DNA of 64,000 bases from contig CAXPPC010000001.1 in assembly GCA_964219255.1 (NCBI GenBank), positions 154,539-218,538 of the forward strand. Reading direction: 5' to 3'. Within the stretch, counting starts at the first letter, position 1, and each line of letters begins with the position of its first letter. Below are positions 48,063 to 58,153 of the stretch, in pieces. The DNA is from Henriciella pelagia (GTDB taxonomy: Bacteria; Bacteroidota; Bacteroidia; Flavobacteriales_D; Crocinitomicaceae). The notes beneath the pieces were generated by a model that was given only the letters and a program-made list of their open reading frames with translations, was not told where the DNA came from and made no database searches. A program made the position numbers and the translations under genes.

Positions 48063-49310
48063 ATGAATAACTACAAATCAACAGTTGAAAATCGATTTAT
48101 TAAATACGCTAAAATAGATACAACTGCCGATCCAAATTCGACTTCCTTCCCTTCTTCTGAAATTCAAAAAAATCTTGGTCGCGAGTTAGTGACTGAATTA
48201 AAGGAATTAGGTATCGAAGATGCGGAAATGGACGAATGGGGATACGTTTTCGGAACTTTACCAAACAATACAGGAAACGAAAGCCTACCGACGATTTGTT
48301 TTTGTTCACACATGGACACGGCTCCAGATTGTAGTGGAACGAATGTAAAACCTATCGTTCACAGAAATTACGATGGAAATCCGATTACACTTCCAGACGA
48401 TACAACTCAAGTTATCACAACGGATCAACATCCATATTTGAAATCGAAAATTGGAGATGATTTGATCACTGCAAGCGGATTAACGCTACTCGGAGCTGAT
48501 GATAAAGCTGGAATTGCGATCATTATGGATTTTGTGCATCACTTGGTGAATAATCCAGAGATTCCACATCCATCGATTCGCATCTTGTTCACTCCAGATG
48601 AAGAAGTTGGTCGCGGTGTCGATCACTTAGACATGGAAAAATTGAATGCTGACTTTGGTTACACGCTTGACGGTGGTATTCTTGGTTCATTAGAAGACGA
48701 AAGTTTCTCTGCGGATGCAGTTCACATTAAAATCCACGGGGTAAGTGCGCACCCGGGATACGCAAAAGGAAAAATGGTCAACTCGATGAAAGTTGCATCT
48801 GAATTTATTGATACTCTTCCGAAAGATGCATGGTCGCCTGAAACTACAGAACATCGCGAAGGATTTGTTCACCCAGTTTCTATAAATGGTGGTATGGAAA
48901 TGACGGAAATCGGATTTATTATTCGTGATCACGTGACTTCTAAATTGGGTGAATATGAAACACGATTGGAAGAAATTTTAAAATCAATCGTTGAACAATA
49001 CAAAGGTGTTTCTTACGAATTCGAAGTGAAAGAGCAATATCGAAACATGAAAGAGGTCTTGGAGACTGTTCCTTTTGTGAAAGATTATGCATTAAATGCC
49101 ATGACGAAAGCGGGAATTGAACCACTTCCAAAAATAATCCGTGGTGGAACAGATGGATCTCGACTTTCATTCATGGGATTACCTTGTCCAAATATCTTTA
49201 CAGGAGAAATGGCAATCCACAGTCGACACGAATATGTAAGTATCCAAGATATGGAAAAAGCTGTCGCGACATTGACTGAACTTGTTCAAATCTGGTCAAC
49301 TCATAAATAA
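48063..49310 (+). CDS. pepT: Peptidase T (tripeptide aminopeptidase, M20B).
   Basis: RFIKYAKIDT, SHMDTAPD, LGADDKAG, FTPDEEVG, and IRGGTDGS. Confidence 0.93.
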   Translation: MNNYKSTVENRFIKYAKIDTTADPNSTSFPSSEIQKNLGRELVTELKELGIEDAEMDEWGYVFGTLPNNTGNESLPTICFCSHMDTAPDCSGTNVKPIVHRNYDGNPITLPDDTTQVITTDQHPYLKSKIGDDLITASGLTLLGADDKAGIAIIMDFVHHLVNNPEIPHPSIRILFTPDEEVGRGVDHLDMEKLNADFGYTLDGGILGSLEDESFSADAVHIKIHGVSAHPGYAKGKMVNSMKVASEFIDTLPKDAWSPETTEHREGFVHPVSINGGMEMTEIGFIIRDHVTSKLGEYETRLEEILKSIVEQYKGVSYEFEVKEQYRNMKEVLETVPFVKDYALNAMTKAGIEPLPKIIRGGTDGSRLSFMGLPCPNIFTGEMAIHSRHEYVSIQDMEKAVATLTELVQIWSTHK

Positions 49311-50308
49311 TGGACCATTCACTTATCATAAAGGATATCAAAGCCAAGAAGTTTGAGAAAATCTACTTTCTACACGGAGAGGAGCCTTACTTCATGGATA
49401 AAATCACCAATGCGATTGTAGAAAATGCACTCGAAGAACATGAGCGTGATTTTAATCAAACAATCATTTATGGTAAAGAAGCAGATGCCGGAAGTTTAAT
49501 GGCTGAAGCGAAAGGTTATCCAATGATGGCCGAAAGAAGGTTAGTTGTTTTAAAAGAAGCCCAGGATTTCAAGCAGATGGAAGAGCTCCTTCCCTATTTT
49601 GAATCGCCTTCTGAGCAGACAATTTTGGTCATCAATTATAAGTACAAGAATTACGATACCCGAAAAAAAGCAATCAAGGCTGCCGCTAAAAACGGACTGG
49701 TTTTTAAATCAGAAAAAGTAAAAGATTACAAATTGGCCGACTGGATTAGTGGATACGCGAAGCAGATCGGTTATGGTGTCTCGCAAAAAGCTTCGATGTT
49801 GTTAGCGGAGTTCTTGGGAAATGACCTAAGTAAAATTGTTAATGAGCTTGATAAATTATCGATCCTGATTGAAAAAGGAACGACAATCAACGAAGTTCAC
49901 ATTGAAGAAAATATCGGGATTTCGAAAGATTACAATGTTTTTGAGTTGGTCAATGCGATTGCAGTGCGCGATGTTTTGAAAGCAAATAAGATTGTGGATT
50001 ATTTCGATCACAATCCAAAGGCAACATCAATTATGGTGGTGATTCCAAGTTTGTTCAATCACTTTACACGATTATTAAAGATCCATTTTTTAGAGAATAA
50101 ATCAAGAGAGGCGATCGCAAGTGCTATTCGAGTTCATCCCTTTGTTGCTGGAGAATTGCTGAACAGTGCAAAAATTTACAAACCGAAAAAGATTGCAGCC
50201 AACGTTGAGATTTTACACGAATACGACCTTAAATCGAAAGGTATTTCAAACTCGTCATTCACTCATGGACAATTAATGAAAGAATTAATCTACCGATTAA
50301 TGCACTAA
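49310..50308 (+). CDS. holA: DNA polymerase III delta subunit.
   Basis: IYFLHGEEPYFMDKI and the length and architecture of HolA. Start and stop are coupled to both neighbours (TAATG junctions). Confidence 0.85.
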   Translation: MDHSLIIKDIKAKKFEKIYFLHGEEPYFMDKITNAIVENALEEHERDFNQTIIYGKEADAGSLMAEAKGYPMMAERRLVVLKEAQDFKQMEELLPYFESPSEQTILVINYKYKNYDTRKKAIKAAAKNGLVFKSEKVKDYKLADWISGYAKQIGYGVSQKASMLLAEFLGNDLSKIVNELDKLSILIEKGTTINEVHIEENIGISKDYNVFELVNAIAVRDVLKANKIVDYFDHNPKATSIMVVIPSLFNHFTRLLKIHFLENKSREAIASAIRVHPFVAGELLNSAKIYKPKKIAANVEILHEYDLKSKGISNSSFTHGQLMKELIYRLMH

Positions 50309-51012
50309 TGCGACAGTTTTTCGATCCAAATATCACTCCTAAAACTATCAAGCATACACTTCCTGAGGAAGAGTCGAAACATGCTGTTCGTGTACTTCGA
50401 ATGCAGAATGGCGATCAATTGGAACTATTGAATGGACTCGGCGATCAATTCATTTGTAAAATCACCGAAGCACACCCTAAAAAGTGTCAGATTGAAGTAA
50501 TTGAACACACTAAAATTGATCTTTCAGATGAAGAAATTCACATAGCTGTTTCTCCAACCAAGCAGACTGATCGCATTGAATGGTTCATAGAAAAAGCAAC
50601 TGAAATTGGAGTGACGGAGATCTCATTCATCTTGACAAAAAACTCCGAGCGCAATCAATTGAAATTAGATCGACTAGTGAAAAAGGCAATTTCAGCCATG
50701 AAACAATCGAAACGATATACATTGCCCATTCTAAATCCAACAGTTGACGTAAAAGAATTCATTCAATCACATCCAAACGGATTGATCGCACATTGTATGG
50801 AGGACGAGAAACTGGAGTCTATTTCAAAGGTGTTTCAAAGAACGAATTGTCCCATTTTAATAGGACCGGAAGGTGATTTCACACAGGAAGAAGTAGACCT
50901 TGCTTTGCAAAATGGATACAAAACAATAACTTTAGGAAAGAATCGATTGCGCACAGAGACAGCTGCTTTGTACGCATGTATGCAAGCTAAAATGACACTG
51001 GATGCTGAATAA
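50308..51012 (+). CDS. rsmE: 16S rRNA (uracil1498-N3)-methyltransferase.
   Basis: EESKHAVRVLRMQNGD, a PUA-like N-terminus, and the C-terminal SPOUT motif LIGPEGDFTQEE...LGKNRLRTETA. Confidence 0.9.
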   Translation: MRQFFDPNITPKTIKHTLPEEESKHAVRVLRMQNGDQLELLNGLGDQFICKITEAHPKKCQIEVIEHTKIDLSDEEIHIAVSPTKQTDRIEWFIEKATEIGVTEISFILTKNSERNQLKLDRLVKKAISAMKQSKRYTLPILNPTVDVKEFIQSHPNGLIAHCMEDEKLESISKVFQRTNCPILIGPEGDFTQEEVDLALQNGYKTITLGKNRLRTETAALYACMQAKMTLDAE

Positions 51013-51652
51013 ATTTCTTCTTTCTTTATTAACGCTGATCACTTTTTCAATTTACAGTCAGGATGGCTACCAACTTGCTGTTTTAAAATACAATGGTGGT
51101 GGAGATTACTATGCAAACCCTTCCGCACTTCCAAACTTAGCTGAATTTTGCAACACTAATTTGGGAACGAATATTTCAACAGAGACTCCATACGTCGAAG
51201 TTGGAAGTCAGGATTTATTTCAATATCCGTACCTGCACATGACGGGTCACGGAAATGTTGTTTTCTCGAATCAAGAAGCGGAAAATTTAAGGACCTACCT
51301 TCTCGGTGGTGGATTTTTACACATCGATGACAATTATGGAATGGATGAGTTTATTCGCGTTGAATTGAAAAAAGTTTTTCCTGATAATGAATTAGTCGAA
51401 CTTCCATTTGATCACCCTATTTTCCATCAGAAATACGACTTCAACGGATTACCAAAAATCCACGAACATGACGGGAAAAGGCCACAAGCATTTGGGATAA
51501 TCGTAGATGGTAGAATCGTTTGTCTTTACACTTTCGAAACAGACTTAAGCGATGGTTGGGAAGATCCTGAAGTTCACAACGATTCGGACGACAAACGAAA
51601 GCAAGCACTCAAGATGGGAGCTAATATTTTGATGTATGCTTTTCTTCAGTGA
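51002..51652 (+). CDS. DUF4159 domain protein.
   Basis: LKYNGGGDYYANPSALPNL, YPYLHMTGHGN, GGFLHIDDNYG and PKIHEHDGKRPQ match my recollection of the DUF4159 family. Confidence 0.75.
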   Translation: MLNKFLLSLLTLITFSIYSQDGYQLAVLKYNGGGDYYANPSALPNLAEFCNTNLGTNISTETPYVEVGSQDLFQYPYLHMTGHGNVVFSNQEAENLRTYLLGGGFLHIDDNYGMDEFIRVELKKVFPDNELVELPFDHPIFHQKYDFNGLPKIHEHDGKRPQAFGIIVDGRIVCLYTFETDLSDGWEDPEVHNDSDDKRKQALKMGANILMYAFLQ

Positions 51653-51696
51653 TTAAACTATTCCTGACATTACTTGTCAAACCAAAAAACTACAAC

Positions 51697-53256
51697 ATGA
51701 AATCACTTTTAGCTATTCTCTTTGCAGGAATATCCTACTTAAGTTCTGCACAAAACATTGCTGTTACTTCAACAAATCTTTTTGAGGGAGAACCCTACTT
51801 GGCGATCGATCCATCAAATCCACAGATCATCACGGCTGCCTGGATGAGTGTTCAACTCGGTCAAGAAGTCGTAATAAAAACAAGTGTTTCACAAGACGGT
51901 GGGTTAACATGGTCAACCCCCACATATTTTCCTCATGCTCAAGCTGGATATTCTTCAGCTGACGAATCTATGGGTTATGACGCAAATGGAAATCTCTACA
52001 TAGCTTATATTGATTATGACAATGATAATTTCCTAAGCGGAAGTGTTGTTGTACGAAAATCAACTGATAATGGTCTCAATTGGGGACCGGCTTACGAGGC
52101 GATCAATATTACTGATTGTCCTAATAAATTATGTATCGATCGACCATGGATTGCTGTTGACAATTCTTCTGGACCAAATTCTGGTGCGGTTTACGTGACT
52201 GCCACCAATGCCAATCAACCAACTTTAGTGTCTGCGCCTTATCATCCATATTTTGCTGCAAGTTCTGATGGTGGAGTGACTTTTACGGATGCACGTGAAT
52301 TGGATACAATTGGATATCTAGCTGGATCTTCCATTCCTCAACCAATGCCATCACCAGTTGTTGCAGCAAATGGAACATTTATGGCATGTTACCCTAGTTA
52401 TGAAACTTCACAAAGCGTTTTTGCACAGATGCTTTTAGCAACATCAACTACCGCAGGAATCGATTTAGATCATTCAGCACAATACCAGTCAATGATGGCT
52501 GGAGTTTCCGATCAGTACGCTAAAAAAGCTGGACATCTAATGGCTGATCCTGTCAACCCAAACAGACTTGGATATGTTTTCTTATCTGAACAAAATGGTG
52601 ATGCCGATGTGTTTTATACAGAAACCACTGATTTAGCGAATTGGTCCACTCCTATTCGCGTGAATGATGATCCAGTTGGAAATGATCGCTTACAAGATCA
52701 AGTTTGGGGTAAAATCAATGAATCAGGAGATGTTGCCATCTGTTGGAGAGATAGAAGAAATGCAAGCTCTTCAGGATACCAAACTGAAACAGAAACGTAT
52801 TGTGCAGTTCGATTCAAAGACTCAACTTCTTTCGAAACAAACTTTGCCGTATCGAGTGTTCAAAGTCCACACAATGCAATATTGGAAGGAGCAGGAAATG
52901 ATTTTATTTGTGTTGAATTCATTGGGGACACAGTATATACTTTATGGGGAGACGTTAGAACGGGCACAATCAACATTTACTTGAACAAATCAAACATCAA
53001 CACAGGTACCACAAGTACTTTTGAAGTCACTAAAGAAAATCCATTATTGAGTGTTTACCCTAACCCAGCCAGCGAAACTGTTAAAATTAAACACTTTGAA
53101 GAATTTTCTGATATTCAATTGATCAATGGAAATGGAGAGATTTTGAAAGAAATTTCTAATCCAACTTTTTCAGTCGAAGAATTGGCCTCAGGAACGTACT
53201 GGATTCTTTTCAAGGTGGCAAATAAGCAGTTTTCCACTCCAATTATTATCAAATAA
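51697..53256 (+). CDS. BNR/sialidase-fold repeat protein with a T9SS C-terminal sorting domain.
   Basis: The Met at 51697 gives MKSLLAILFAGISYLSSAQ. BNR motifs SQDGGLTWS, STDNGLNWG and SSDGGVTFT. C-terminal VYPNPASETVKIKH...GTYWILFKV. Confidence 0.8.
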   Translation: MKSLLAILFAGISYLSSAQNIAVTSTNLFEGEPYLAIDPSNPQIITAAWMSVQLGQEVVIKTSVSQDGGLTWSTPTYFPHAQAGYSSADESMGYDANGNLYIAYIDYDNDNFLSGSVVVRKSTDNGLNWGPAYEAINITDCPNKLCIDRPWIAVDNSSGPNSGAVYVTATNANQPTLVSAPYHPYFAASSDGGVTFTDARELDTIGYLAGSSIPQPMPSPVVAANGTFMACYPSYETSQSVFAQMLLATSTTAGIDLDHSAQYQSMMAGVSDQYAKKAGHLMADPVNPNRLGYVFLSEQNGDADVFYTETTDLANWSTPIRVNDDPVGNDRLQDQVWGKINESGDVAICWRDRRNASSSGYQTETETYCAVRFKDSTSFETNFAVSSVQSPHNAILEGAGNDFICVEFIGDTVYTLWGDVRTGTINIYLNKSNINTGTTSTFEVTKENPLLSVYPNPASETVKIKHFEEFSDIQLINGNGEILKEISNPTFSVEELASGTYWILFKVANKQFSTPIIIK

Positions 53257-53375
53257 CATTATTTCTTCAGACAACTTTATCTGAGAAGTTAGCGTCTATT
53301 ATTAAGAAATTATTTCCTATTTTAAGGAATTATTAAGTCAGCATGTATGCATACTTAATTCTAGAATGCTAAACT

Positions 53376-54590
53376 ATGAAACACCTTTTACTGATTGTAT
53401 TGGTAATTTTCTCCTATTCGCAGGTGAATGCTGGCGGCTGGATTCAAAAAGCTGATTTCGGAGGTGAAGCGCGACATCGAACGACATCCATAACCATTGG
53501 TAATAAATTTTATACAGGCTTAGGACACTACAATGGTGCAGGACCGAATATCTTATTTGGAGACTGGTGGGAATATGATCCAGCAACGAATGCATGGACT
53601 CAAAAAGCAGATTATTTAGGAGGACCTTGTTATCACGCAACGGGATTTGTTCTTAACAATATTGGTTATGTTGGTACTGGAAGAATATCGGCATCTGGTA
53701 GTACACTGGTTCAAGATTTCTATCAATACGATGCAACAACCAATTCCTGGACCCAAACAACATCTTTTCCTGGCATTGGCAGACGAGGCGCAGTCTCTTT
53801 CGTTATAGATGGATTCGCCTATGTAGGAACAGGAGAATCTAATTCAGGGAGAACCGCCGACTTTTTCAAATTCGACCCAACCACACAATCTTGGAGTCCG
53901 ATAGCAACATTGCCTGGACAAAGTAGAACATCATCAGTTGCATTCTCGATAGGAAGCTTTGGATACGTTGGAACAGGAGATGTAAGTGGTGGATCACAAA
54001 ATGATTTCTGGCAATACGATCCTTCCACAGACACATGGACTCAAAAACCAGATGTTGGTCCAACTGACAGACGAGAGGCCATGGGATTTTCTTTAAACGG
54101 ACGTGGTTACCTCGGTACAGGAGTTGATTTCTCTAGCGGAAATAATTTCAAAGACATGTGGGAATACGATCCAACAACAGAGACATGGACCCAAATTGAT
54201 GAATTCCCTGGCACTGCAAGACGATATTTCTCTGCTACTGTCCTTAACGGAGTTGCTTATTGCTCAATGGGAACAAACGGAACGAACTTTAAAGATCTTT
54301 GGTTGTTTGATCAAACGCTTTCCCTTCTTGAAAATGATCCGAATTTAATCGAGTGGAAATTGTACCCAAATCCAGCTAGCGACTTTGTAAATATTGATTA
54401 TTCTTCTGATTTAAATATCGATCAAAAAGAACTGGAAGTAGCATTTTACACTTCCACAGGAACGCTAGTGTTAAATCAGAAATTAGATCAAAAAGAAATT
54501 GATATTTCTAATCTATCTGCAGCTACGTATCACATTAAACTGAAGTACAGAGAAAAACTCATCAACTCTATAACACTACTAAAACAATGA
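53376..54590 (+). CDS. Kelch-type beta-propeller T9SS cargo protein, paralog 1.
   Basis: Signal MKHLLLIVLVIFSYSQVNA. About 6 blades with motif (D/N).W.YDP.T..WTQK.D..G..R.....F.I...GYVGTG. C-terminal LYPNPASDFVNIDYS...ATYHIKLKY. Confidence 0.85.
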   Translation: MKHLLLIVLVIFSYSQVNAGGWIQKADFGGEARHRTTSITIGNKFYTGLGHYNGAGPNILFGDWWEYDPATNAWTQKADYLGGPCYHATGFVLNNIGYVGTGRISASGSTLVQDFYQYDATTNSWTQTTSFPGIGRRGAVSFVIDGFAYVGTGESNSGRTADFFKFDPTTQSWSPIATLPGQSRTSSVAFSIGSFGYVGTGDVSGGSQNDFWQYDPSTDTWTQKPDVGPTDRREAMGFSLNGRGYLGTGVDFSSGNNFKDMWEYDPTTETWTQIDEFPGTARRYFSATVLNGVAYCSMGTNGTNFKDLWLFDQTLSLLENDPNLIEWKLYPNPASDFVNIDYSSDLNIDQKELEVAFYTSTGTLVLNQKLDQKEIDISNLSAATYHIKLKYREKLINSITLLKQ

Positions 54591-55738
54591 AACTATTTAT
54601 CCCTTTTCTATTCTTCCTTATGCTTGGAATTGATGCTTCTGCTGGTGGCTGGATTCAACGAGCTAGCTTTGGCGATGTGGGGCGACACCGACTAACAGGA
54701 TTTTCAATTGGGAATAAAGGTTATGTTGGTTTAGGACACTTCAACGGAACGGGAACGAATATTATTTTTAAAGATTGGTGGGAATACGATCCAGCTACTA
54801 ATGCTTGGACTCAAAAAGCCGACTATATTGGTAACAACGGTAACGGGAATTATGGAGTTATTTCCTTCGGATTAGACTCACTTGGGTTTATTGGTGGAGG
54901 ACAAATCAATACTTCTCCAGAATTTTATCGTTTCGACCCGATTCAAAATGTATGGTCAGCTGCTGCTTCTTGTCCAACAGCACCATCAAACCTCTATGGA
55001 TTTTCAGTCGGGAATAATGGTTACTACAAACACGGATATGATTTGTACCAATACGATCCTGATTTAGACCAGTGGACAACTATGGCAACTTCATCTTTCT
55101 ATACAGGATCATGGAGTTCAGCCTTCGAAATTGATGGAATGGCATATATCAAATCATCTCATGATCTTTGGAAATTTGACCCTGTTTTGCAAACATGGGA
55201 ACAAAAAGCAACTTGCCCCGGAACCGCAGTTTCTGCTTCTGTAAGTTTTGCACACATGGGGAAAGGATACATTGTTGCAGGATTTCAAGGCGCATGGTCA
55301 GCCGTCGTTTCAGAAGTTTGTGAATATGACCCAACAACAGACTCGTGGGTACTTTTAGAAGATTTCCCTGGAACGAATAGGAGATTTGCAACTGGATTTA
55401 CAATAGGAAATCGCTCGTACTTCGGACTAGGAACCAATGGAACTAACTTCAACGATTGGTGGGAATTTACTGGAGTAATCGGACTAGATGAAACTGATCT
55501 TGAATCAGACTTTTCACTCTACCCTAACCCAGCAACTAACTATGTGAAGATTAAAAATGATAAAGCACAAGAATTTTCTGCAATCCTGATGAACTCAACG
55601 GGACAAGTTATTCAGACCGCCTCAACTTCGAGTGGAGAATTAAAAATGGAAAGAAATCAACTTCCTGCTGGGAATTATTTTGTCACAATCACTACTGCAA
55701 AAGGAAATCACTACTCGAAAACTATAACTTTTAACTAA
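54587..55738 (+). CDS. Kelch-type beta-propeller T9SS cargo protein, paralog 2.
   Basis: ATGA overlap with paralog 1. The first blade is nearly identical to paralog 1 (AGGWIQ.A.FG...RHR; DWWEYDPATNAWTQKADY). C-terminal LYPNPATNYVKIKN...GNYFVTITT. Confidence 0.85.
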   Translation: MKLFIPFLFFLMLGIDASAGGWIQRASFGDVGRHRLTGFSIGNKGYVGLGHFNGTGTNIIFKDWWEYDPATNAWTQKADYIGNNGNGNYGVISFGLDSLGFIGGGQINTSPEFYRFDPIQNVWSAAASCPTAPSNLYGFSVGNNGYYKHGYDLYQYDPDLDQWTTMATSSFYTGSWSSAFEIDGMAYIKSSHDLWKFDPVLQTWEQKATCPGTAVSASVSFAHMGKGYIVAGFQGAWSAVVSEVCEYDPTTDSWVLLEDFPGTNRRFATGFTIGNRSYFGLGTNGTNFNDWWEFTGVIGLDETDLESDFSLYPNPATNYVKIKNDKAQEFSAILMNSTGQVIQTASTSSGELKMERNQLPAGNYFVTITTAKGNHYSKTITFN

Positions 55739-56946
55739 TGAAGCATTTTCTAATAATCATATTACTTACTCTTCCTATTATTGGGTATAGTCAATCAGGA
55801 AATTTCTGGACGAAAAAGAATGACTTCTCTGGTTTAAAACGAGAACGCGCAGTAGCATTTACAATCAATGGGAAAGCATATGTTGGGACCGGAGTTGATA
55901 CTGCTGAAGTCGTGCACAACGATTTTTGGGAATACGATCCATTTTTGGATGCATGGACTCAAGTTGCTGACTTACCAGCTTCGGTAAGAAGAAATGCAGT
56001 AGGATTTTCAATTGATACACTAGGCTATGTTGGAACAGGGATTGATTCTGCAAGTGCCTCCGCTCCATTTTCTGAAATATTAAAAGACTTTTGGAGCTAT
56101 GACCCGAATTCTAATTCTTGGACACAAAAAGCTGACTATCCTGGTGGTTCTGGAACTGGGATTTATTTTGCAACTGGATTTTCAATAGGGAGTTTCGGGT
56201 ATATCTGTGCAGGTAAAAGAGGACCAAATAATTACATTAACCAACTCTGGAAATATGATCCGTCAACAGATCAGTGGACATCAGCTCCTCCATTCCCTGG
56301 AGGAAAACGATATCAATTATCAAGTTTCGTTATTGGTGACATCGCGTACGTTGGCCTTGGAACCAATCAAGATATCTACACCAAAGACATTTGGGCATTT
56401 GATGGAATTACAGAGACTTGGTCGGCCCGAGCAGATTTACCAGCTAGCGAAAGAGCTTCAGCAATGACCTTCGTGATTGGACAAAAAGGATACGTGTGCA
56501 TGGGAGCAAATGGTGGCTACCTAGACGACTTGTGGGAGTATAACCCCTTCTCTGATAGCTGGTCGGTTAAAGCTAATTACGGAGGAAGTGCACGCAAAAA
56601 TGGCGTTGGATTTTCTCTGCATGGTAAAGGATATGTTGGTACAGGAAAAGGCTATTCTGGTAAAAAGCAATCGATGCATGAGTACACGCCAATCGGGTTC
56701 GCAGGCATTGATGAACTTGAAGTTCAAATTAAAGTTTACCCTAATCCTGCTTCAGACTTTATTTCTGTCGAGACTCAATCAGGCTCGATTGATGAAGTTA
56801 GAATCTATAATTCAGCTGGGAAATTGGTAGTAAAGAATAAGAACGTAGATCAAATTAACGTTTCTCAACTCCATTCAGGGGTTTATATCGTTCGAGTTCA
56901 TTCTAACAATCAAATAGTTGCACAACAACGACTAATTATTCAATAA
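55738..56946 (+). CDS. Kelch-type beta-propeller T9SS cargo protein, paralog 3.
   Basis: TAATG overlap with paralog 2. Blades include DFWEYDPFLDAWTQVADLP, DFWSYDPNSNSWTQKADYPG, LWKYDPSTDQWTSAPPFPG and LWEYNPFSDSWSVKANYGG. C-terminal VYPNPASDFISVE...GVYIVRVHS. Confidence 0.85.
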   Translation: MKHFLIIILLTLPIIGYSQSGNFWTKKNDFSGLKRERAVAFTINGKAYVGTGVDTAEVVHNDFWEYDPFLDAWTQVADLPASVRRNAVGFSIDTLGYVGTGIDSASASAPFSEILKDFWSYDPNSNSWTQKADYPGGSGTGIYFATGFSIGSFGYICAGKRGPNNYINQLWKYDPSTDQWTSAPPFPGGKRYQLSSFVIGDIAYVGLGTNQDIYTKDIWAFDGITETWSARADLPASERASAMTFVIGQKGYVCMGANGGYLDDLWEYNPFSDSWSVKANYGGSARKNGVGFSLHGKGYVGTGKGYSGKKQSMHEYTPIGFAGIDELEVQIKVYPNPASDFISVETQSGSIDEVRIYNSAGKLVVKNKNVDQINVSQLHSGVYIVRVHSNNQIVAQQRLIIQ

Positions 56947-56947
56947 C

Positions 56948-58153
56948 ATGCGCCATTCATTTCTTTTCATAATATTCAGCCTTTTATCTTCTTCATTATT
57001 TGGGCAAGATAATTGGGTTCAAATGGACTCAGTAAATGGAGCTCCAAGATCAGTTAGCTCGTGCTTTATTCTTGGCGGAGAAGCCTATATTGTAGCCGGA
57101 CTTGACGAAGGAGGTTTTCGAAGAAAAATGTATTCTTATACTTTATCTCAAGACGACTGGGATCAAGAAGAATCACTTGGCGGACCAACTGGATCTGGCT
57201 TAAATCGCGGATCAGCTTTCTCATTTGTCATTCATGAAAAGGCTTACGTTTTCGGAGGTCAAGGAGAGACAAATGGTTTCTTCCAAGATATGTGGGAATA
57301 TGACTTAGCAACCGAAACTTGGTCACAAAAGGCAGATTTCGCTGGTGGGCCAAGGAGACAAGGAGTAAGTTTCATGTTGGATGATATGGGGTTTGCCGGT
57401 CTTGGTTCTTCACCAAATGGACTTGAAAACGACATGTACAAATACGATCCAATCGTTAACTTTTGGGTACAACTAAATGATTTCTCAGGAACGCCAAGAA
57501 AAGAGCCTGCTTACTTCGTAATGGGAAGCAAAGCTTATGTGGGAACGGGAGATGATGGTGTAATGCGAAACGATTTCTGGGAATATGATGCAGCAGGAGA
57601 TAGTTGGACACAATTAGCTGATTTCCCTGGGACACCAAGAAAAGGTGCGGTAGGATTCGGAATTTTTCCAAACGGATATATTTGTACAGGAGAAGATCTG
57701 AACTTCAACTACAAAAACGACTTGTGGCAATACAATTATTTCACTGATACATGGGAACAGAAAGCTGATTTACCCGGCCCCGGTCGTTCTAATGGAGTTG
57801 CTTTTACACTTGAAGGATTTGGGTTTGTTGGAACCGGATACAACGGAATCTTCTTTGATGACTTGTATGCATACGTGCCTGTTTTATCGACTGAAGAAAT
57901 CACTCAAAACGAGGTCAGCATATTCCCCAATCCTGTTTCAAATAAATTCACTATTTCCACTGAAAGTAAAATAGATGATATTAAAATCTTTACCACTTCA
58001 GGAAAAGATATCACCTCGGTTCTTCAGTTGACAGAAACTTCGAATGGTATTGAGGGAAATCGTAATGGACTCCCAGCGGGGAATTATTTTGTTCAACTTT
58101 CATTTGAAAACAGCAACCAAATAATTTCTGAAAAACTTATTTTCGTTCAATGA
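56948..58153 (+). CDS. Kelch-type beta-propeller T9SS cargo protein, paralog 4.
   Basis: Starts 1 nt after paralog 3. Blades include DMWEYDLATETWSQKADFAGGPRR, DFWEYDAAGDSWTQLADFPGTPRK and DLWQYNYFTDTWEQKADLPGPGR. C-terminal IFPNPVSNKFTIST...GNYFVQLSF. Confidence 0.85.
   Translation: MRHSFLFIIFSLLSSSLFGQDNWVQMDSVNGAPRSVSSCFILGGEAYIVAGLDEGGFRRKMYSYTLSQDDWDQEESLGGPTGSGLNRGSAFSFVIHEKAYVFGGQGETNGFFQDMWEYDLATETWSQKADFAGGPRRQGVSFMLDDMGFAGLGSSPNGLENDMYKYDPIVNFWVQLNDFSGTPRKEPAYFVMGSKAYVGTGDDGVMRNDFWEYDAAGDSWTQLADFPGTPRKGAVGFGIFPNGYICTGEDLNFNYKNDLWQYNYFTDTWEQKADLPGPGRSNGVAFTLEGFGFVGTGYNGIFFDDLYAYVPVLSTEEITQNEVSIFPNPVSNKFTISTESKIDDIKIFTTSGKDITSVLQLTETSNGIEGNRNGLPAGNYFVQLSFENSNQIISEKLIFVQ

Noticed and set aside
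53260-53295. A possible hairpin (TTCTTCAGA...TCTGAGAAG) after the BNR gene as a terminator.
   Set aside because: Only about 4-6 bp pair, with bulges, and no T-tract follows. The evidence is too weak to call.
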